A program made the translations under genes and the position numbers. Below are positions 39,786 through 50,449 of a stretch of DNA of 64,000 nt, one piece after another. The stretch is from Sediminibacterium sp. UBA657 (GTDB lineage: Bacteria; Bacteroidota; Bacteroidia; Chitinophagales; Chitinophagaceae), in assembly GCA_002299885.1 (NCBI GenBank), contig DBOB01000022.1, positions 1,896 to 65,895 on the forward strand, read 5' to 3'. Each line of letters begins with the position of its first letter. Within the stretch, counting starts at the first letter, position 1. The notes beneath the pieces were generated by a model. That model saw only the letters and a list, made by a program, of their open reading frames with translations, was not told where the DNA came from and searched no databases.

Positions 39786-41378
39786 TTACTTATAAGAAAA
39801 CAAATCTAAAGACTTTAAAGGTAAACCAGCCTTTGATTGCAGAATGCATTTGGTATAAGGGTGGGTTGGAAAAAACAAAGCAGTCATTACAGTGAGACCA
39901 TCATCTGCAAATAGTTCGATAGAAGTTTTATCCAATAGAATAGACAAGTTCATATCCATATAAGGATTTGTAAGTCTTCGCGCTACTGCTACTGCCGCAA
40001 ATCCCTCGTTAAAATTAGCAATACCTGCTTTAGTTCTATCAATAAAGTATTGCCTTTTTACGGCATCATATCCAATAATTAATTTTTCATTAAACGTATT
40101 GGACAAAATAATTTCAAAATCATTTTCCAACTTAGCGTTCGTTGTTAAATCAATTCGATTCGGGATAGGATTTTTTTCAGTAGATAAAGAAAATATTTTT
40201 TCAGTAACAAAATTTTCTTTTGACATTGTCTTTGTAAATGCGGTATTTAATTCCTTTACAGGAGAAGACAATAAATAAAAACCATCTTCCACAAATTTTG
40301 AATCCTTGTATGAATTAGCAGTTGATTCATAGCTTGTATAGTATTTTATAAATTCTTGTTGTTCTAATAATCTCAATTCCCTTGGCACTGTCATAGCACT
40401 TCTCCATTTTTCTGTAGGCACCACATTCGCGTAATTCCAATTACTCATCCAGCCAATTAAAATATTTCTATCACCCACATTTGAAAAAGTCACACCAGCA
40501 TAATTATCAGGCCCGTAATCCATCCATTTAATATCTTTAGTATAAGGCTTGAATTCATGCCCATCAAAATCTCCAACAATATATTGTGTAGCTGATCCAC
40601 CATTAGGGCCTCCTGGATTCATGCTCACTAATAAAACCCATATTGTTTTTCCAAAGTGATTAAATGATAATAAGTCTGGACATTCCCAAACACCACCGTG
40701 AGCAAATAAATTTTTACCTATTTCGGACTCCTTAGTCCATTTGATTAAATTAGGTGAACTATAAAATTCAACATGATCGGCCACTGCCAAACTCATGATC
40801 CATTTTTGTGTAGGCGCATACCAGATTACTTTAGGATCTCTAAAGTCCTTTAAATTCGGGGTTTTAAGCACAGGATTGCCTACATATTTAGTCCAAGTCT
40901 TTCCTTCGTCTAAACTATATGCAATAGATTGATTTTGGAAATCAGTCCTCCCAGCTTTTTCACCCGGCATATAATGTTGTGTAAAAATAGCAACCAAGGG
41001 CGCTACTCCACCCCGTCCTAAACCACTTGTATTGTTTTTATCCAAAACAGTAGAGCCCGAAAAAATCATTCCAATTGAATCTGGATATAAAGCAATTGGC
41101 TGTTCTTTCCATTGCACTAAATCACTGCTAGTTGCTTGTCCCCAATGCATTGGACCCCATACTGTACTATCTGGATAGTGCTGAAAAAACAAATGGTATT
41201 GACCATTTAAAAAAATCATTCCATTAGGATCATTCATCCAACCTTTTGCTGGGGTAAAATGAAAACGAGGTCGATATAAATTTTCATTCCTAAGTTTCGC
41301 ATCGGACTGCACTTGACTTTGTGCATTTGTATGTGCCATAAAAAAAGCGAGCACTAATAAGACGCGAAAAATTTGCAT
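39786..41378 (-). CDS. Glycoside hydrolase family 32 (beta-fructofuranosidase / fructan hydrolase), secreted
   Basis: Signal peptide. WMNDPNG nucleophile motif, FRDPKV (RDP), WECPDL (EC) catalytic motifs. C-terminal beta-sandwich. Confidence 0.92.
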   Translation of the reverse strand: MQIFRVLLVLAFFMAHTNAQSQVQSDAKLRNENLYRPRFHFTPAKGWMNDPNGMIFLNGQYHLFFQHYPDSTVWGPMHWGQATSSDLVQWKEQPIALYPDSIGMIFSGSTVLDKNNTSGLGRGGVAPLVAIFTQHYMPGEKAGRTDFQNQSIAYSLDEGKTWTKYVGNPVLKTPNLKDFRDPKVIWYAPTQKWIMSLAVADHVEFYSSPNLIKWTKESEIGKNLFAHGGVWECPDLLSFNHFGKTIWVLLVSMNPGGPNGGSATQYIVGDFDGHEFKPYTKDIKWMDYGPDNYAGVTFSNVGDRNILIGWMSNWNYANVVPTEKWRSAMTVPRELRLLEQQEFIKYYTSYESTANSYKDSKFVEDGFYLLSSPVKELNTAFTKTMSKENFVTEKIFSLSTEKNPIPNRIDLTTNAKLENDFEIILSNTFNEKLIIGYDAVKRQYFIDRTKAGIANFNEGFAAVAVARRLTNPYMDMNLSILLDKTSIELFADDGLTVMTALFFPTHPYTKCILQSKAGLPLKSLDLFSYK

Positions 41379-41388
41379 TGAATATTTT

Positions 41389-42096
41389 TTAATTAGAGGA
41401 AGCCTTTAATTGCTGCAGCAATTGAACCATGTCTTCCTCTTTCTTTAGATTTAATTTATTCGTATTCAAATAAGCATCCATTTGAGCTGCATAATTTGGT
41501 AAAACTTTTTTTACTGCTTTTAAAGAATGGCTACTACCCAATGCATGCATTTTTTTATCTGCCTTGTCATAGATATAATATAAATCGTCCATGACATATT
41601 CCTTCACAGGTGCTCCTCCATATACAACCGTTTCTTTTATACGCTTATGGGTATATTTTAAAAACTGAAATTGATCCCCATTGCCCAGTACTTCGTAAAA
41701 AGTAGCTGGTGTATTATTTTCAATACTCGGAAATAAGCACATAAATTTTTTAGATACTTTATTGTTTTCTTTATCAACACTATTTAATTCAAATGATTTT
41801 GCTTGTTGATTCACTACATACAAGCCATTTTTTTGAGTATAATATAATTTATGATCAAAGTAAGAATAGTTTAAATTAGAATCCACCGACTCCATCCCAT
41901 TCACAAAAACAACTTTACCTATTCCAAATTTATCAAACACATAAGGTGTGCCTTGGATCCCCGCACCACTTGCAGGTAAGAGTCTACCATTGGCGTCGGC
42001 AAACTGTACACTTGGAATGGCATTGCCAGTCATTGTTTGCGCAAAAATTGGAAGGGTGGCGCAAGATAAAAAGAGGATAAAGAGATACTTGTTCAT
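41389..42096 (-). CDS. Secreted protein of unknown function inside the fructan PUL
   Basis: 235 aa. N-terminal signal (possible lipobox FLSC or SPI site IFA-Q). No recognisable motif. Confidence 0.6.
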   Translation of the reverse strand: MNKYLFILFLSCATLPIFAQTMTGNAIPSVQFADANGRLLPASGAGIQGTPYVFDKFGIGKVVFVNGMESVDSNLNYSYFDHKLYYTQKNGLYVVNQQAKSFELNSVDKENNKVSKKFMCLFPSIENNTPATFYEVLGNGDQFQFLKYTHKRIKETVVYGGAPVKEYVMDDLYYIYDKADKKMHALGSSHSLKAVKKVLPNYAAQMDAYLNTNKLNLKKEEDMVQLLQQLKASSN

Positions 42097-42144
42097 AAGG
42101 AGGATTGAAGATTGAATTATATGAAGTTAATACTAAAAGCAAGA

Positions 42145-42186
42145 TAAAAAAAAGGGCGCACTCAATATAATTGAGGCGCCCTTTTT
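42145..42186 (-). terminator. Rho-independent terminator immediately after susD-like gene
   Basis: Minus strand reads GGGCGCCTCAAT-tat-ATTGAG(T)GCGCCC followed by TTTTTTTT. Confidence 0.8.
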
Positions 42187-42203
42187 AACAAAATCTATAA
42201 AAA

Positions 42204-43649
42204 TTAGTTCGTGTAACCTGGGTTTTGAACCATCAATGGATTTGCTTGAATCTCCGAGTTAGGGATAGGCAAGATAAATCTGAAGTTACCAGAAGGCAAT
42301 GTCAAGGCAGTACCTTGTGCATCAACTGCTAAACGAGTGATAGGCAAGTTTCTTCTTTTTGCATCAAAGAAACGGTGTCCCTCGTATGGTAATTCTTTAA
42401 AACGCTCGCTCATCACTGCATCAATCGCATCACCCTTTGTAGTAAAACTAGCATTAGTGTAGTTGTTGATTCTTGCAGCTCTTAATGTATTAATATCAGC
42501 AGTAGCACCAGTCAAATCACCAGTTTCAGCTCTTGCTTCTGCACGGATTAAGTACATTTCGCCAGTTCTGAATACTTTAGCATCAGCCAACAATTCAGTT
42601 GGTGTACCGTAAGTTGTTCCTGCGTATTTGTTGATTAAGACAGAGTGTATAGTTCTAGATGAAATAGCTTTTAATAAAGGCTCATCAAAGAAATAAGCGC
42701 CATAGCGAACATCATTTACTTGATCATAAGCATTTAATAAAGCTTGAGTAGGTCTCCATGTAATAGTACCGATGTTTGCTGCATTTGCAGATGTTCCTCT
42801 GTACAATGCACCAATTCTACCACCAGCTGTTGTTGTTCTACTTAATTTAAATGCTACTTCGCTATTGTTTGCATCCTTCCAAATTAATGGGAAGTTTGTT
42901 CTAGAAGCTAATGGGAAAGCAGCGATGTATTCAGTTGCAAAAGCAGCAGCGTTAGCATAATCTTTTGAATACAAGGCAGCTCTTGCTTGTAAAGCAGTTG
43001 CAGCGTGTCTTGATGCTCTAAAGATATCTGCATTTGTTGCTGGCAATAAAGCCTTAGCAGCAACTAAATCAGCATTTAATTTTGCAAAGAACGGTGATAC
43101 TGTCATTCTAGCAACAGGCAATAAAGATGGCGTCTCCATATAAGCAACTGCTAAAGCAGATCCATCTGCAGTATTGCTATAAAAACGATACAATTCAAAA
43201 TGCGCAAAAGCTCTTAAAAATAAAGCTTCTCCTCTCACTCTGTTTTTTGTCGCTTCTTGAGCAGCTGTAGTTGCTTTTACATTTGGTAAAGCTTCTAATA
43301 CTCTATTTACTCTGTCGATGATTCTGTAGTACAAAGGGAATGCAGTATAGCTATCTCTTAAAGAGATATCAGTAGATGCATATTGCCATTCGTGCACAGT
43401 TGCAGCATTGTAAAACTCAGCTACTCTTACCTCATCGGCAAAAACACTGTTCAACAAGATGCCCATTTCTACGTTCATAGCTGAGTAAGCACCAATGATG
43501 CCAGACTCAATATTATCAACGGTCTTCAAAGCGACGTCTCCGCCGATGAAGTCGGTTTCTTTAACATCTATCACCTTAGAGCAAGAAGCAAAAAGGGATA
43601 ACATTAAGAATGAACCTATAACCAATTTATTATTTCTCATATTATTCAT
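42204..43649 (-). CDS. SusD/RagB-family nutrient-binding outer membrane lipoprotein
   Basis: Lipobox LFASC, TPR-like helical body. Directly downstream of the SusC-like gene (11-nt gap). Confidence 0.87.
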   Translation of the reverse strand: MNNMRNNKLVIGSFLMLSLFASCSKVIDVKETDFIGGDVALKTVDNIESGIIGAYSAMNVEMGILLNSVFADEVRVAEFYNAATVHEWQYASTDISLRDSYTAFPLYYRIIDRVNRVLEALPNVKATTAAQEATKNRVRGEALFLRAFAHFELYRFYSNTADGSALAVAYMETPSLLPVARMTVSPFFAKLNADLVAAKALLPATNADIFRASRHAATALQARAALYSKDYANAAAFATEYIAAFPLASRTNFPLIWKDANNSEVAFKLSRTTTAGGRIGALYRGTSANAANIGTITWRPTQALLNAYDQVNDVRYGAYFFDEPLLKAISSRTIHSVLINKYAGTTYGTPTELLADAKVFRTGEMYLIRAEARAETGDLTGATADINTLRAARINNYTNASFTTKGDAIDAVMSERFKELPYEGHRFFDAKRRNLPITRLAVDAQGTALTLPSGNFRFILPIPNSEIQANPLMVQNPGYTN

Positions 43650-43660
43650 TTTTTAGTTGA

Positions 43661-46600
43661 TTAGAAATTAATGTCTAAACCTAATGTAAACATGCTAGGG
43701 TTAGGATATTCATTCAAACTAATATTGTTATTATCTTCTGGATCTAAACCTCTCCATGGACTCCAAATTGCTAAGTTTTGACCTTGAGCATACAATCTAC
43801 CGCCAGTAAACATTGGCTTACCATTTGGACCCTTGATTGCTGGTAATTGATACGCAACAACTAAGTTTCTGAAACGTAAGAACTTCGCATCTTCTAAGTC
43901 AGAAGAAGTAAAGCCTCTATCAAATGTAGATTTTTGGAAGAATTTCTTGTCACCTGGAGCTTGCCATTGGTTGTCGATCAACTCTCTAGAAGCTCTTACG
44001 ATAGTATGGTATCCAGGAGTACCTCTTGTGATCCAGTTTCTTGTATTGTTACTTCTAACAACATCAAACTGATAAGAGAATAAACCATTAATTGAAAACG
44101 ATTTGTATCGGAATTCAAAATCCAATCCACCTTGGTGTTTAGGTAAGTAGTTACCAAACTTAGCAAACTGACCTGCCTTAGCAATGTCATTTGTTACAGA
44201 ACCATCTGGAGCTTCATATCTTGGAGCACCAGTAGCAGGATCTGCACCTAAGTAATTGTAGTTATAGTGTGTTCCATAAGCTAAACCTTCTCTGATTACG
44301 AATGTACCTAAGAAGAATTCATTCACCGAACCTAAGTCAAGAATTTTGTTCACGTTGTAAGAATGGTTCACACCAAGTGTTACACCGAAATCACGAGTTC
44401 TAACCACATCCACTTTCGCGTTTAATTCTAAACCTTTGTTTTCCATCTTACCTGCATTGATATATAAGCTACCAAATCCAGTTGTACCAGACAATGGTTG
44501 GTTAACGAATAAGTCTAAAGTCTTCTCGTCATATGCATCTATGTTGAAACGAGCACGGCCATTCCAAACACTAAAGTCGATACCAATATTTGCTTTTTGA
44601 ATTCTTTCAATTTGCAAATTAGGGTTACCTGGGCTATTAGGTACTAAACCACCAATAGTAGAACCAGCATAAGCTGCAGTACCAAAAGTAGGCACCTGAG
44701 GACCTTGATAGTTGGTGATAGATTGTAAACCTGCTCCATAAGATGAAGTAGAAATAGAACCAATATTTGGAATGATACCAAATGATAATCTCACTTTCAA
44801 GTCAGAGAAAATAGATTGCTTGCTTAAGAAACGCTCTTGTAAAGCATTCCAAGTAAAACCAGCAGACCAAGAAGTTACTTCTCTATTATCTTCGTTTACA
44901 ATTCTTGAAGTACCATCACGACGAATATTTGCATTTAAAGAGTATTTGTTATCATAAGTATACTTTGCTGTAGCAAAATAAGAACGGATACCAAATCCAG
45001 ATTTCGCACTAGATGCATTCTGAGGATAAGTAGCAGCACCGTTAGTTGGTAAAGCTGTAGCACCTTGACCTGTTTGAGTCAAACGCTTGTCTAAGTTGAA
45101 CAAAGTAAAACCTAAACCTCTTTGGAAACCTCTTACAATCTCAAAGTTAGCAGATGCTTCTATCTCAGATTTACCAAATTTCTCATTGTATAAAACAGAA
45201 GAAGTATTGATAAATTCAGAAGTTACTGAATTAGATTCTTGAGCTATACCATTTTGGAATGATTGTAGAGAACCAATATAAGAATCTGCATTCACATAAC
45301 GATTGATGTAATTGCTAGAAGCATTCACACCCAAGTTGTTTCTAACAGTCAATGTTGGGAAGATCTTATAAGCTAATAAACCATTACCTACCATTTTAAT
45401 TTGATCATAGCCTCTAACTGTGTTTTGTAAACCTTCTAATAAGTTTGCAACTTGTCTGTAAGCCATAGAACTACTAGCACCAAAACGTAAGCTTCCATCT
45501 AAATTGTATGGATTCTCATAAGTCTTAGCTCTATAAGTCATTTGGAATGGATTTCTAGGAGAGTTTCCTTGAGCTTCACCTTCCGCTAATTTAGACTTAG
45601 AGTAACCAATAGTAGAGTTAAATTGTGCAGTAAATTTATCTGTAGAATGGTCTAAGTTAAAACGAATAGTATAACGTTTTAAAGAAGAGCCTAAGTCAAT
45701 ACCTTCTTGATCAAAATAAGCACCAGATAAGAAGAACTTAGTTCTATCAGATCCACCACTTAAAGTTAATTCATGTGATTTTGAGATACCTTCTCTATAG
45801 AAAATATTTGCATAATCAATATCAATATTTCTTAAGCTATCTAATGCAAATTGCTTAGAAGCTGCAGTAAAACCTGCTGGTATAACTGGGTTATTTGGAG
45901 ACCAGTTCCATCCTGGAGTACCTACTAATTTTTCTCTTTCCTCATATGCTAACATCTCACGAGTATTCATCAAGTTCATTCTATCAAAATTTGGACGTCT
46001 TGTGATACCATATTGAGTTTTGTAAGTCACCACATTTTTACCAGTCTTACCTCTTTTAGATGTGATAACAATTACACCCGTACCTCCTCTAGCACCATAG
46101 ATTGCAGCTGCAGTCGCATCCTTCAATACAGTGATAGATTCAAAATCGTCCGGGTTAAGTGTTTGCATATCAAATGCAGGAATTGGCACACCATCTAATA
46201 CATACAAAGGCTGTGCACCAGCACCTTGAATAGATTTGATACCACGAATAGTAACCTGCGCACTAGAACCTGGCTGACCAGATCCAGAGTTAACCAACAT
46301 ACCTGGAACACGACCTTGGAAAGCTTGGTCGAATGAACCTACTGGTACATCGTTTACAGTTTTACCACTAATTGTAGTTACGGCACCCGCGAACTTAGCT
46401 TTACTTTCACGTGCGTACCCTGTAATTACAACCTCTTCTAATACCGCTTCTACAGATGCTAATTCAACATTGATTGTAGTAGTAGCAGCACCAATAGTTC
46501 TAGAAAGCTTTTCGTATCCTACAATACTGAAGCTTAAAGATTTTTGATCTGTAACATTAATTTGGTAATTACCATTTGCATCAGATAAAGCATTCACTTT

Positions 46601-46741
46601 ACCAGCATTCACTGTTACGCCTCCTAATCCTTGCTTAGTTTTTTGGTCAACTATCTTTCCAGAGATCTTCTTGGACCCCTGAGCCAATACTTGAAGCGCA
46701 AAACAAAAAACAAGAGAAGACAATAAAACAACTTTTCTCAT
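43661..46741 (-). CDS. SusC/RagA-family TonB-linked outer membrane protein
   Basis: 1026 aa. Signal peptide, carboxypeptidase-regulatory-like domain (ISGKIVDQKTKQGLGGVTV), plug domain (TVLKDATAAAIYGARG), C-terminal F. Confidence 0.92.
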   Translation of the reverse strand: MRKVVLLSSLVFCFALQVLAQGSKKISGKIVDQKTKQGLGGVTVNAGKVNALSDANGNYQINVTDQKSLSFSIVGYEKLSRTIGAATTTINVELASVEAVLEEVVITGYARESKAKFAGAVTTISGKTVNDVPVGSFDQAFQGRVPGMLVNSGSGQPGSSAQVTIRGIKSIQGAGAQPLYVLDGVPIPAFDMQTLNPDDFESITVLKDATAAAIYGARGGTGVIVITSKRGKTGKNVVTYKTQYGITRRPNFDRMNLMNTREMLAYEEREKLVGTPGWNWSPNNPVIPAGFTAASKQFALDSLRNIDIDYANIFYREGISKSHELTLSGGSDRTKFFLSGAYFDQEGIDLGSSLKRYTIRFNLDHSTDKFTAQFNSTIGYSKSKLAEGEAQGNSPRNPFQMTYRAKTYENPYNLDGSLRFGASSSMAYRQVANLLEGLQNTVRGYDQIKMVGNGLLAYKIFPTLTVRNNLGVNASSNYINRYVNADSYIGSLQSFQNGIAQESNSVTSEFINTSSVLYNEKFGKSEIEASANFEIVRGFQRGLGFTLFNLDKRLTQTGQGATALPTNGAATYPQNASSAKSGFGIRSYFATAKYTYDNKYSLNANIRRDGTSRIVNEDNREVTSWSAGFTWNALQERFLSKQSIFSDLKVRLSFGIIPNIGSISTSSYGAGLQSITNYQGPQVPTFGTAAYAGSTIGGLVPNSPGNPNLQIERIQKANIGIDFSVWNGRARFNIDAYDEKTLDLFVNQPLSGTTGFGSLYINAGKMENKGLELNAKVDVVRTRDFGVTLGVNHSYNVNKILDLGSVNEFFLGTFVIREGLAYGTHYNYNYLGADPATGAPRYEAPDGSVTNDIAKAGQFAKFGNYLPKHQGGLDFEFRYKSFSINGLFSYQFDVVRSNNTRNWITRGTPGYHTIVRASRELIDNQWQAPGDKKFFQKSTFDRGFTSSDLEDAKFLRFRNLVVAYQLPAIKGPNGKPMFTGGRLYAQGQNLAIWSPWRGLDPEDNNNISLNEYPNPSMFTLGLDINF

Positions 46742-46985
46742 GTGATTGATTTTTAATTAGACTACGAATATAAGCAAAACGTTAACAAATTGTTATGATA
46801 TATGCTAAAAAATGGTAGAAAATAAGCTACATAAAATAATTTTATATAATGTATAAACAATATATATACAACCGGCGAATTTGTTAAACAAAATAGCAAA
46901 TAAAGGATAGAATTAGTGCACATTAAATTACTATTAATTCTTGCTTATTGGATGTTGCCAGTCGATAATCCTTATTGATTCGGTT

Positions 46986-46993
46986 TAGTTTTG
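46986..46993 (+). promoter_or_regulatory. -7 promoter box TAGTTTTG, 19 nt upstream of the TonB-dependent receptor ATG
   Basis: Perfect TAnnTTTG followed by an A-rich (ATCAA)x3 leader. Confidence 0.4.
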
Positions 46994-47012
46994 CGGCATC
47001 AAATCAAATCAA

Positions 47013-50000
47013 ATGAAAAAAACAATCTTGTTTTTGACAAGCTGTATGATGACTATCATCAGTTTTGCTCAAATTACCACTTCATCTATTTCTGGTGTTG
47101 TTGTAAATGAAAAGAAAGAAGTATTGGTTGGTGCATCAGTCATCGCGACACACGTTCCAACAGGTACAACTTACAAAACAGTAACTAACAAAACAGGTGC
47201 CTACGTGTTCCCAGCAGTAAGAGTTGGCGGACCTTTTACAGTAGTTGCAAGTTATGTTGGTTATAAAAACAATCAAGTAGCTGATTTAAGCACCAACTTA
47301 GGTGTGGTAAGCAATATTGATTTTGTTTTATTAGCGACTGGTTCAAATTTAGCAGAGGTAGTTGTTTCTAGCAATAAAAACGGCCTATTCTCTAAAGAAA
47401 GAACAGGTGCTTCTCAACAATTTACCAGAAGAGACTTGCAAAATATTCCTATTACTGGTGCAAGAACAATCGATGGAATTACAAAGTACAATGCCAACGG
47501 AAACGGAAGTTCATTTGGTGCACAAGATGCTCGTTTGAATAACTTTACGATTGACGGTTCTCAATTCAATAATAGTTTTGGTTTAGGAAACTCTGCACAA
47601 GCAGGTGGTAGAACAGGTGCATCTGCTATTTCATTAGATGCCTTGGAGCAATTACAAGTAAACATCGCGCCTTACGATATTCGTCAGAGTGGTTTTACTG
47701 GTGCTGGTATTAACGCAGTAACTAGATCTGGTACAAATGATATAGAAGGTTCTTACTATCAAACACAAAGAGACAACAGCTCAAGATACGTGGGTAATAA
47801 AGCTGCTGGTGTTCCAGTAGTGGCTTCTAAGTTTGATGAGAAAGTAAGTGGTTTCCGTCTTGGAGCACCAATCATCAAAAATAAATTATTCATTTTTGGT
47901 AACTATGAAACATTAGAGCGTACAGAACCAGGTACCACTTGGTTTTCTACAGGTTCTCCTATTGCAACAGGTACACAAATTAGTAGAACAACTTATACAG
48001 ACATGGAAACCTTATCTAATTTCATGAAAGATAAGTTTGGTTACACGACTGGTGCTTGGGAAGGATATTCTAATGCAAACAAAAGTGAAAAGTTCTTAGT
48101 AAGATTAGATTGGAACATCAACGACAAGCATAAATTAACAGCACGTTATGTACAACATGATTCTGAAGCAGAAATCAATATTTCTAATTCTAACTCAGCA
48201 GGTGCAGGTAACAGAACCACATCTGCATTGTCTATGGCATTTGCAAATAGTGGTTATATCATCATGGATAATACACGTTCTTATGTATTAGAATTAAACA
48301 GTAAATTATCAAACACTTTACATAATTCATTGATTATTGGTTATGATCAACAAATTGAAGATAGAAAGTACAGAAGTTCATTATTTCCAACAATTGATAT
48401 CTTAAGTGGAACTACAACTTATGCTTCTGTAGGTTTTGATCCATTCACACCAGGTAACAAATTAGATTATAACACTTTTCATATTACCGATAACATTACA
48501 AAATATGCTGGTAAGCATACTTTAACAGGTGGTCTTAATTTTGAAAAATACCAATCTAACAACTTGTTCTACCCTGCTTCTAATGGGGTTTATATTTTTA
48601 GTTCATTAACAAGTTTCTACGCAGCAGCGAACGAAAGTTTAGCAAATGGTGGAAAGCCATCTGTTACAAATTTACCAACTCGTTTTCAGTACAGATACTC
48701 TGCATTGCCAGGTGCAGTTGATCCAATGCAAGTATTAAAAACAATGCGTTTAGATGTTTATGGACAAGATGAATTCCAAGCAACTAAAAATATCAAATTA
48801 ACCTTTGGTTTAAGAGCTGCAATCATTGATATTGAGCCAACTTCTTTAGAAAATAAAGCAGTTTCTGCTATGACTTTTGCTAATGGAGAGCGTTTGAATA
48901 CAGCAATCATGCCAACAGCTCAAATTTTATGGGAGCCAAGATTTGGTTTTAACGTAGATGTATTTGGTAATAAGAAAACACAATTAAGAGGTGGTTCTGG
49001 TGTATTCACTGGCCGTCCTCCATATGTATTTATCTCTAACCAAGTGGGTAACAATGGTGTGTTAACAGGATTTATTGACAGTGATAATAGAGGTACAACT
49101 AAATATGGTTTCACTGCAAATCCTGGTCAATATTATATTCCTTCAACACCAACTTTACCTTCTACATTTGACTTAGCATTTACTAATCCTAATTATAAGT
49201 TTCCTCAAGTTTGGAAAACGAATATTGCAATTGATCAAAAATTACCTCTAGGTTTAATTGGTACGATTGAAGGTATTTACAATAATAATTTAAACGCAGT
49301 ACATTATTATAATGCCAACTTAGATGCTCCAACAGGAAAATTTGCAGGTACAGATACAAGAAATCAATTTGCAAGAACAGATGCCGGTGTAAGAATAAAT
49401 GATAACGTTTCAAACGGTATCGTTTTAACAAATAAAGATGGTGCATACTTTAAATCTTTGACTTTAAAATTAGAATTGCCATATAATAAAGGTGTATTTG
49501 GATCTTTTGCTTGGACAACATCTAATGCAAAAGACTTTATGAGCGCTGGTTCAATCGCATCAGGTAGCTGGACTTCTGCAAGAGCTATTAACGGTAACAA
49601 TGATTTGTCTTTATCAAATTCTGATTTTGTTTCTCCAAATCGTTTAGTAGGTGTATTTGGATACAGATTAGAGTATGGTAAAAATGGTGGTGGTGCAACC
49701 TCATTCACAATAGGTTATGTTGGTAACCAAGGTAATCCATACACATACACAATTAGTGGTGATATGAACGGAGACAGAGTGAATAACAACGAATTGCTTT
49801 TTGTACCTAATGCATTCCAAGATATCAAGTTTGTTCCTTTGACTGTTGGTTCAAGAACTTACTCTGAAGTTGAACAACAAGCTGCTTTTTGGAACTATAT
49901 TAACCAAGACGATTATTTAAAAACACGTCGTGGTCAATATGCAGAAAGAAACGCATCATTCATTCCAATGTTACACCGTTTTGACTTATCAATTGTACAA

Positions 50001-50288
50001 GACATTTTTGTAAGTGTAAAAGGTAAGCGCAATACTTTACAAATTAGAGCGGATATCTTGAACTTTGGCAATATGTTGAACGACAAATGGGGTGTATCTC
50101 AAAGAGCAACGAACCCACAAGTCTTAGCATTTAATGCGGTGGTAAACAATCAACCTACTTATAGATTGGCTACAGAAAGATTTGCTGATGGTACAACAGG
50201 TTTAATCACAAATACCTTAAGCAAAAATGCATCTGTATTAGATGTATGGACAGCTCAATTAGGTATTCGTTATATCTTCGGAAAATAA
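47013..50288 (+). CDS. TonB-dependent receptor with carboxypeptidase-regulatory-like N-domain (Oar-like, no SusD partner)
   Basis: 1091 aa. Signal peptide, ISGVVVNEKKEVLVGASV CarbopepD_reg-like domain, plug, huge barrel ending in IRYIFGK. Confidence 0.85.
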   Translation: MKKTILFLTSCMMTIISFAQITTSSISGVVVNEKKEVLVGASVIATHVPTGTTYKTVTNKTGAYVFPAVRVGGPFTVVASYVGYKNNQVADLSTNLGVVSNIDFVLLATGSNLAEVVVSSNKNGLFSKERTGASQQFTRRDLQNIPITGARTIDGITKYNANGNGSSFGAQDARLNNFTIDGSQFNNSFGLGNSAQAGGRTGASAISLDALEQLQVNIAPYDIRQSGFTGAGINAVTRSGTNDIEGSYYQTQRDNSSRYVGNKAAGVPVVASKFDEKVSGFRLGAPIIKNKLFIFGNYETLERTEPGTTWFSTGSPIATGTQISRTTYTDMETLSNFMKDKFGYTTGAWEGYSNANKSEKFLVRLDWNINDKHKLTARYVQHDSEAEINISNSNSAGAGNRTTSALSMAFANSGYIIMDNTRSYVLELNSKLSNTLHNSLIIGYDQQIEDRKYRSSLFPTIDILSGTTTYASVGFDPFTPGNKLDYNTFHITDNITKYAGKHTLTGGLNFEKYQSNNLFYPASNGVYIFSSLTSFYAAANESLANGGKPSVTNLPTRFQYRYSALPGAVDPMQVLKTMRLDVYGQDEFQATKNIKLTFGLRAAIIDIEPTSLENKAVSAMTFANGERLNTAIMPTAQILWEPRFGFNVDVFGNKKTQLRGGSGVFTGRPPYVFISNQVGNNGVLTGFIDSDNRGTTKYGFTANPGQYYIPSTPTLPSTFDLAFTNPNYKFPQVWKTNIAIDQKLPLGLIGTIEGIYNNNLNAVHYYNANLDAPTGKFAGTDTRNQFARTDAGVRINDNVSNGIVLTNKDGAYFKSLTLKLELPYNKGVFGSFAWTTSNAKDFMSAGSIASGSWTSARAINGNNDLSLSNSDFVSPNRLVGVFGYRLEYGKNGGGATSFTIGYVGNQGNPYTYTISGDMNGDRVNNNELLFVPNAFQDIKFVPLTVGSRTYSEVEQQAAFWNYINQDDYLKTRRGQYAERNASFIPMLHRFDLSIVQDIFVSVKGKRNTLQIRADILNFGNMLNDKWGVSQRATNPQVLAFNAVVNNQPTYRLATERFADGTTGLITNTLSKNASVLDVWTAQLGIRYIFGK

Positions 50289-50310
50289 GATTAATGTAAA
50301 TAAGTTCTTT

Positions 50311-50338
50311 AAACCGCCCCAGTTGGGGCGGTTTTTTT
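50311..50338 (+). terminator. Rho-independent terminator after the TonB-dependent receptor
   Basis: AAACCGCCCC-agtt-GGGGCGGTTT followed by TTTT. Confidence 0.9.
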
Positions 50339-50449
50339 ATGCCTGCACAAACCATTTAAGTATTTAAATGAACGCTTTAAAGTTGAATGAATTTGAGAAG
50401 ATTGTTTATTGAAAAAAATGTAGGAACTTAGAAATCTAAATTCAAGTAT

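Noticed and set aside
50368-50412. 14-codon ORF (MNALKLNEFEKIVY) in the spacer upstream of the FAD oxidoreductase gene
   Set aside because: It is very short, has no promoter box or other support, and lies in AT-rich DNA where such ORFs arise by chance.
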